Assembly: GCA_002506875.1 (NCBI GenBank)
Contig: DAYJ01000014.1
Coordinates: 1 to 43,313, forward strand
Direction: 5' to 3'
Length of the DNA stretch: 43,313 nucleotides
Origin: Euryarchaeota archaeon UBA40
Lineage (GTDB): Archaea; Thermoplasmatota; Poseidoniia; Poseidoniales; Thalassarchaeaceae
Shown: positions 41,982-43,313 of the stretch, piece by piece
Position numbering within the stretch: the first letter of the stretch is position 1
Layout: the number at the start of each line of letters is the position of its first letter
The notes under the pieces: model-generated
What the model was told of the DNA's origin: nothing
Database searches by the model: none
What the model saw: only the letters and a program-made list of their open reading frames with translations
Made by a program: the position numbers and the translations under genes

Positions 41982-41986
41982 GAGGA
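41981..41986 (+). promoter_or_regulatory. Shine-Dalgarno sequence (GGAGGA) for the RDD gene
   Basis: It lies immediately after the helicase TAG stop and 2 nt before ATG 41989. This implies helicase-RDD co-transcription. Confidence 0.55.
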
Positions 41987-41988
41987 AG

Positions 41989-42558
41989 ATGGCTTTGGAC
42001 CCGATTTCGACACATGGCGGCATTACCAATCTCGCCAAGCATATTGTCTCAGTAGAACATGGGCATTGGAAAATTCCTGATGGGACTATTCTCGCTCCGA
42101 TACACAAGAGAGCTGGTGCATTCATGCTTGACGTAATCTTCGTCAACGCTCTACTCTCAATTCTGTCAGGGTCACGAGTGATGTTCGCTTGGAGTCTATC
42201 GATGTGGACCTCTGCTGATTGGGACCACTCATTTGCATGGGCCATCGCAATTCTGTTCGGACACTTTCTGTATTGGAGATACACTGGATTGATGCTATCC
42301 CGATCTTTAGGACAGCGTCTTCTAGGCTTGGCAGTCGTTCGAGATAATGGTGATGCCATGGAGTCAGAAGATTGGGACCAACGGTCCGTTCGTAAGTTGC
42401 TCTACCTACTTCCAGTAATCAATATCTGGTTCATTGTTCGCGACGTGTTTCGCATGCATCAGCGGCATACACATCAGAGTGAGATTGACCTTGCCGCAGG
42501 AAGCATTGTGGCTATTGCGAATTCGCTCCCTGTCGCTCACCGAGGGCCCATTCGCTGA
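41989..42558 (+). CDS. RDD-family membrane protein
   Basis: AGAFMLDVIFVNALL.., YWRYTGLMLSRSLGQRLLGLAVV and three TM segments fit the RDD-domain layout. Confidence 0.65.
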   Translation: MALDPISTHGGITNLAKHIVSVEHGHWKIPDGTILAPIHKRAGAFMLDVIFVNALLSILSGSRVMFAWSLSMWTSADWDHSFAWAIAILFGHFLYWRYTGLMLSRSLGQRLLGLAVVRDNGDAMESEDWDQRSVRKLLYLLPVINIWFIVRDVFRMHQRHTHQSEIDLAAGSIVAIANSLPVAHRGPIR

Positions 42559-42606
42559 AGACCACATGGAACGATTTCAAGTATCGAATCTCCCCCTGCT
42601 TTCGTC

Positions 42607-43313
42607 ATGGCCCTTCCGACGACGCTCCGCATCGGAGACATCGTCGTTCACATTACTAGTATCCAGAATGACATTGACGAAGAGGACCGGGATGCAATTC
42701 TCATTGGAATTGTAGTCCAGAATAGCAGTTCGGAAGATGCTTCTGGAATTTCGCTATCGATAGAGACCTCTGGTGCAATAACTAGTGTTTTCAAGGCACT
42801 TCCATCAAACATCCCTTCTGGCACTGCAAACGAGGCGATGTTCTTCCTTCCTATTGGCTGCGGTGCCTGGATGCTTTCAGTCACTCATGCTGGTCTACGT
42901 GGAGAATTGGGCCCCTTCCCTGATGGTCATCGGCATGTGATTGAGGCTCCATCCCTCTCCGAATCAATCTCATCTACTTCGACTAGTAATTCAAGCACTG
43001 GAGGTGATGCTTTTGCTGATGCCTTCCAATCTGCGCTCTCTAGCTTCGGCTCTGAAACAACAGCAGATGCAGCAATTCAGATGAATGGAGACGATCCACT
43101 TGCAGCAGCATTCATGAATTCAGGAGCCGCACAAATTCGCACTTCAACACCTGATACAGTGCAACAGGTGCCACCATCTCCGCCTACACCACCGGTTCCA
43201 TCTCCACCAACCTCATCTGAAACTTCAGAAATTGTGACTGCAAATACTCCTACTGATTCACCTGAATCAACGATTGAGGCTGGACCTCAAATGGGACCTG
43301 GACCAAGGGGGCC
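42607..43313 (+). CDS. Hypothetical protein with a Ser/Thr/Pro-rich C-terminal part. Partial; it runs off the right edge.
   Basis: My own translation from ATG 42607 is open to the window end: MALPTTLRIGDIVVHITSIQNDIDEEDRDAILIGIVVQNSS..PPSPPTPPVPSPPTSSE... Not in the ORF track because it has no stop. Confidence 0.5.
   Translation, partial: MALPTTLRIGDIVVHITSIQNDIDEEDRDAILIGIVVQNSSSEDASGISLSIETSGAITSVFKALPSNIPSGTANEAMFFLPIGCGAWMLSVTHAGLRGELGPFPDGHRHVIEAPSLSESISSTSTSNSSTGGDAFADAFQSALSSFGSETTADAAIQMNGDDPLAAAFMNSGAAQIRTSTPDTVQQVPPSPPTPPVPSPPTSSETSEIVTANTPTDSPESTIEAGPQMGPGPRG

Noticed and set aside
42556-42609. The RDD gene's TGA stop is in frame with the next ORF, and coxB and coxA also share a frame. 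This could indicate stop-codon readthrough or recoding.
   Set aside because: Sharing a frame has a one-in-three chance for any gene pair. The downstream genes have their own ATG, and coxA also has an SD. I saw no SECIS-like or other recoding structure.

Overview
This is a densely coding 43.3-kb chromosomal segment with short intergenic gaps. I see no rRNA, CRISPR array, transposase or obvious prophage. I support 42 protein-coding genes (two cut by the window edges, and one 59-codon gene missing from the supplied ORF track) and 2 tRNAs (Ser-UGA, Arg-UCG). The gene content looks archaeal: FEN1, Sec61-beta, a THUMP/Trm11-type tRNA methyltransferase, a XerA-type recombinase, Lrp/AsnC and a small UPF0292-like Toprim protein. 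It also carries bacterial-type modules: ParA/Soj, a coxB-coxA-coxC-coxD heme-copper oxidase operon, a fused RibD and an AceE-type E1. From this I infer an uncultivated aerobic marine Thermoplasmatota-like archaeon (Poseidoniales-like), which I cannot verify here. Internal operon genes use a GAGGTGAT-type Shine-Dalgarno sequence, which helped fix several start codons. The most interesting observations are these. (1) A minus-strand cluster encodes ParA, a 148-aa protein carrying only the ParB N-terminal GLGRGL peptide, and two membrane proteins. One of those has a cytoplasmic SAP/HeH DNA-binding motif. I read the cluster as a candidate membrane-anchored DNA partition or tethering system. (2) Cytochrome oxidase subunit I carries a ~240-aa secreted N-terminal beta-rich domain plus an extra TM helix. 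(3) An AceE-type pyruvate dehydrogenase E1 has an N-terminal lipoyl domain and no E2/E3 nearby. (4) A RanBP2-type zinc-finger consensus, a LETM1-like segment and an Hc1-like mini-protein sit in the same neighbourhood. All family assignments come from motif recognition by eye. None was checked against a database.
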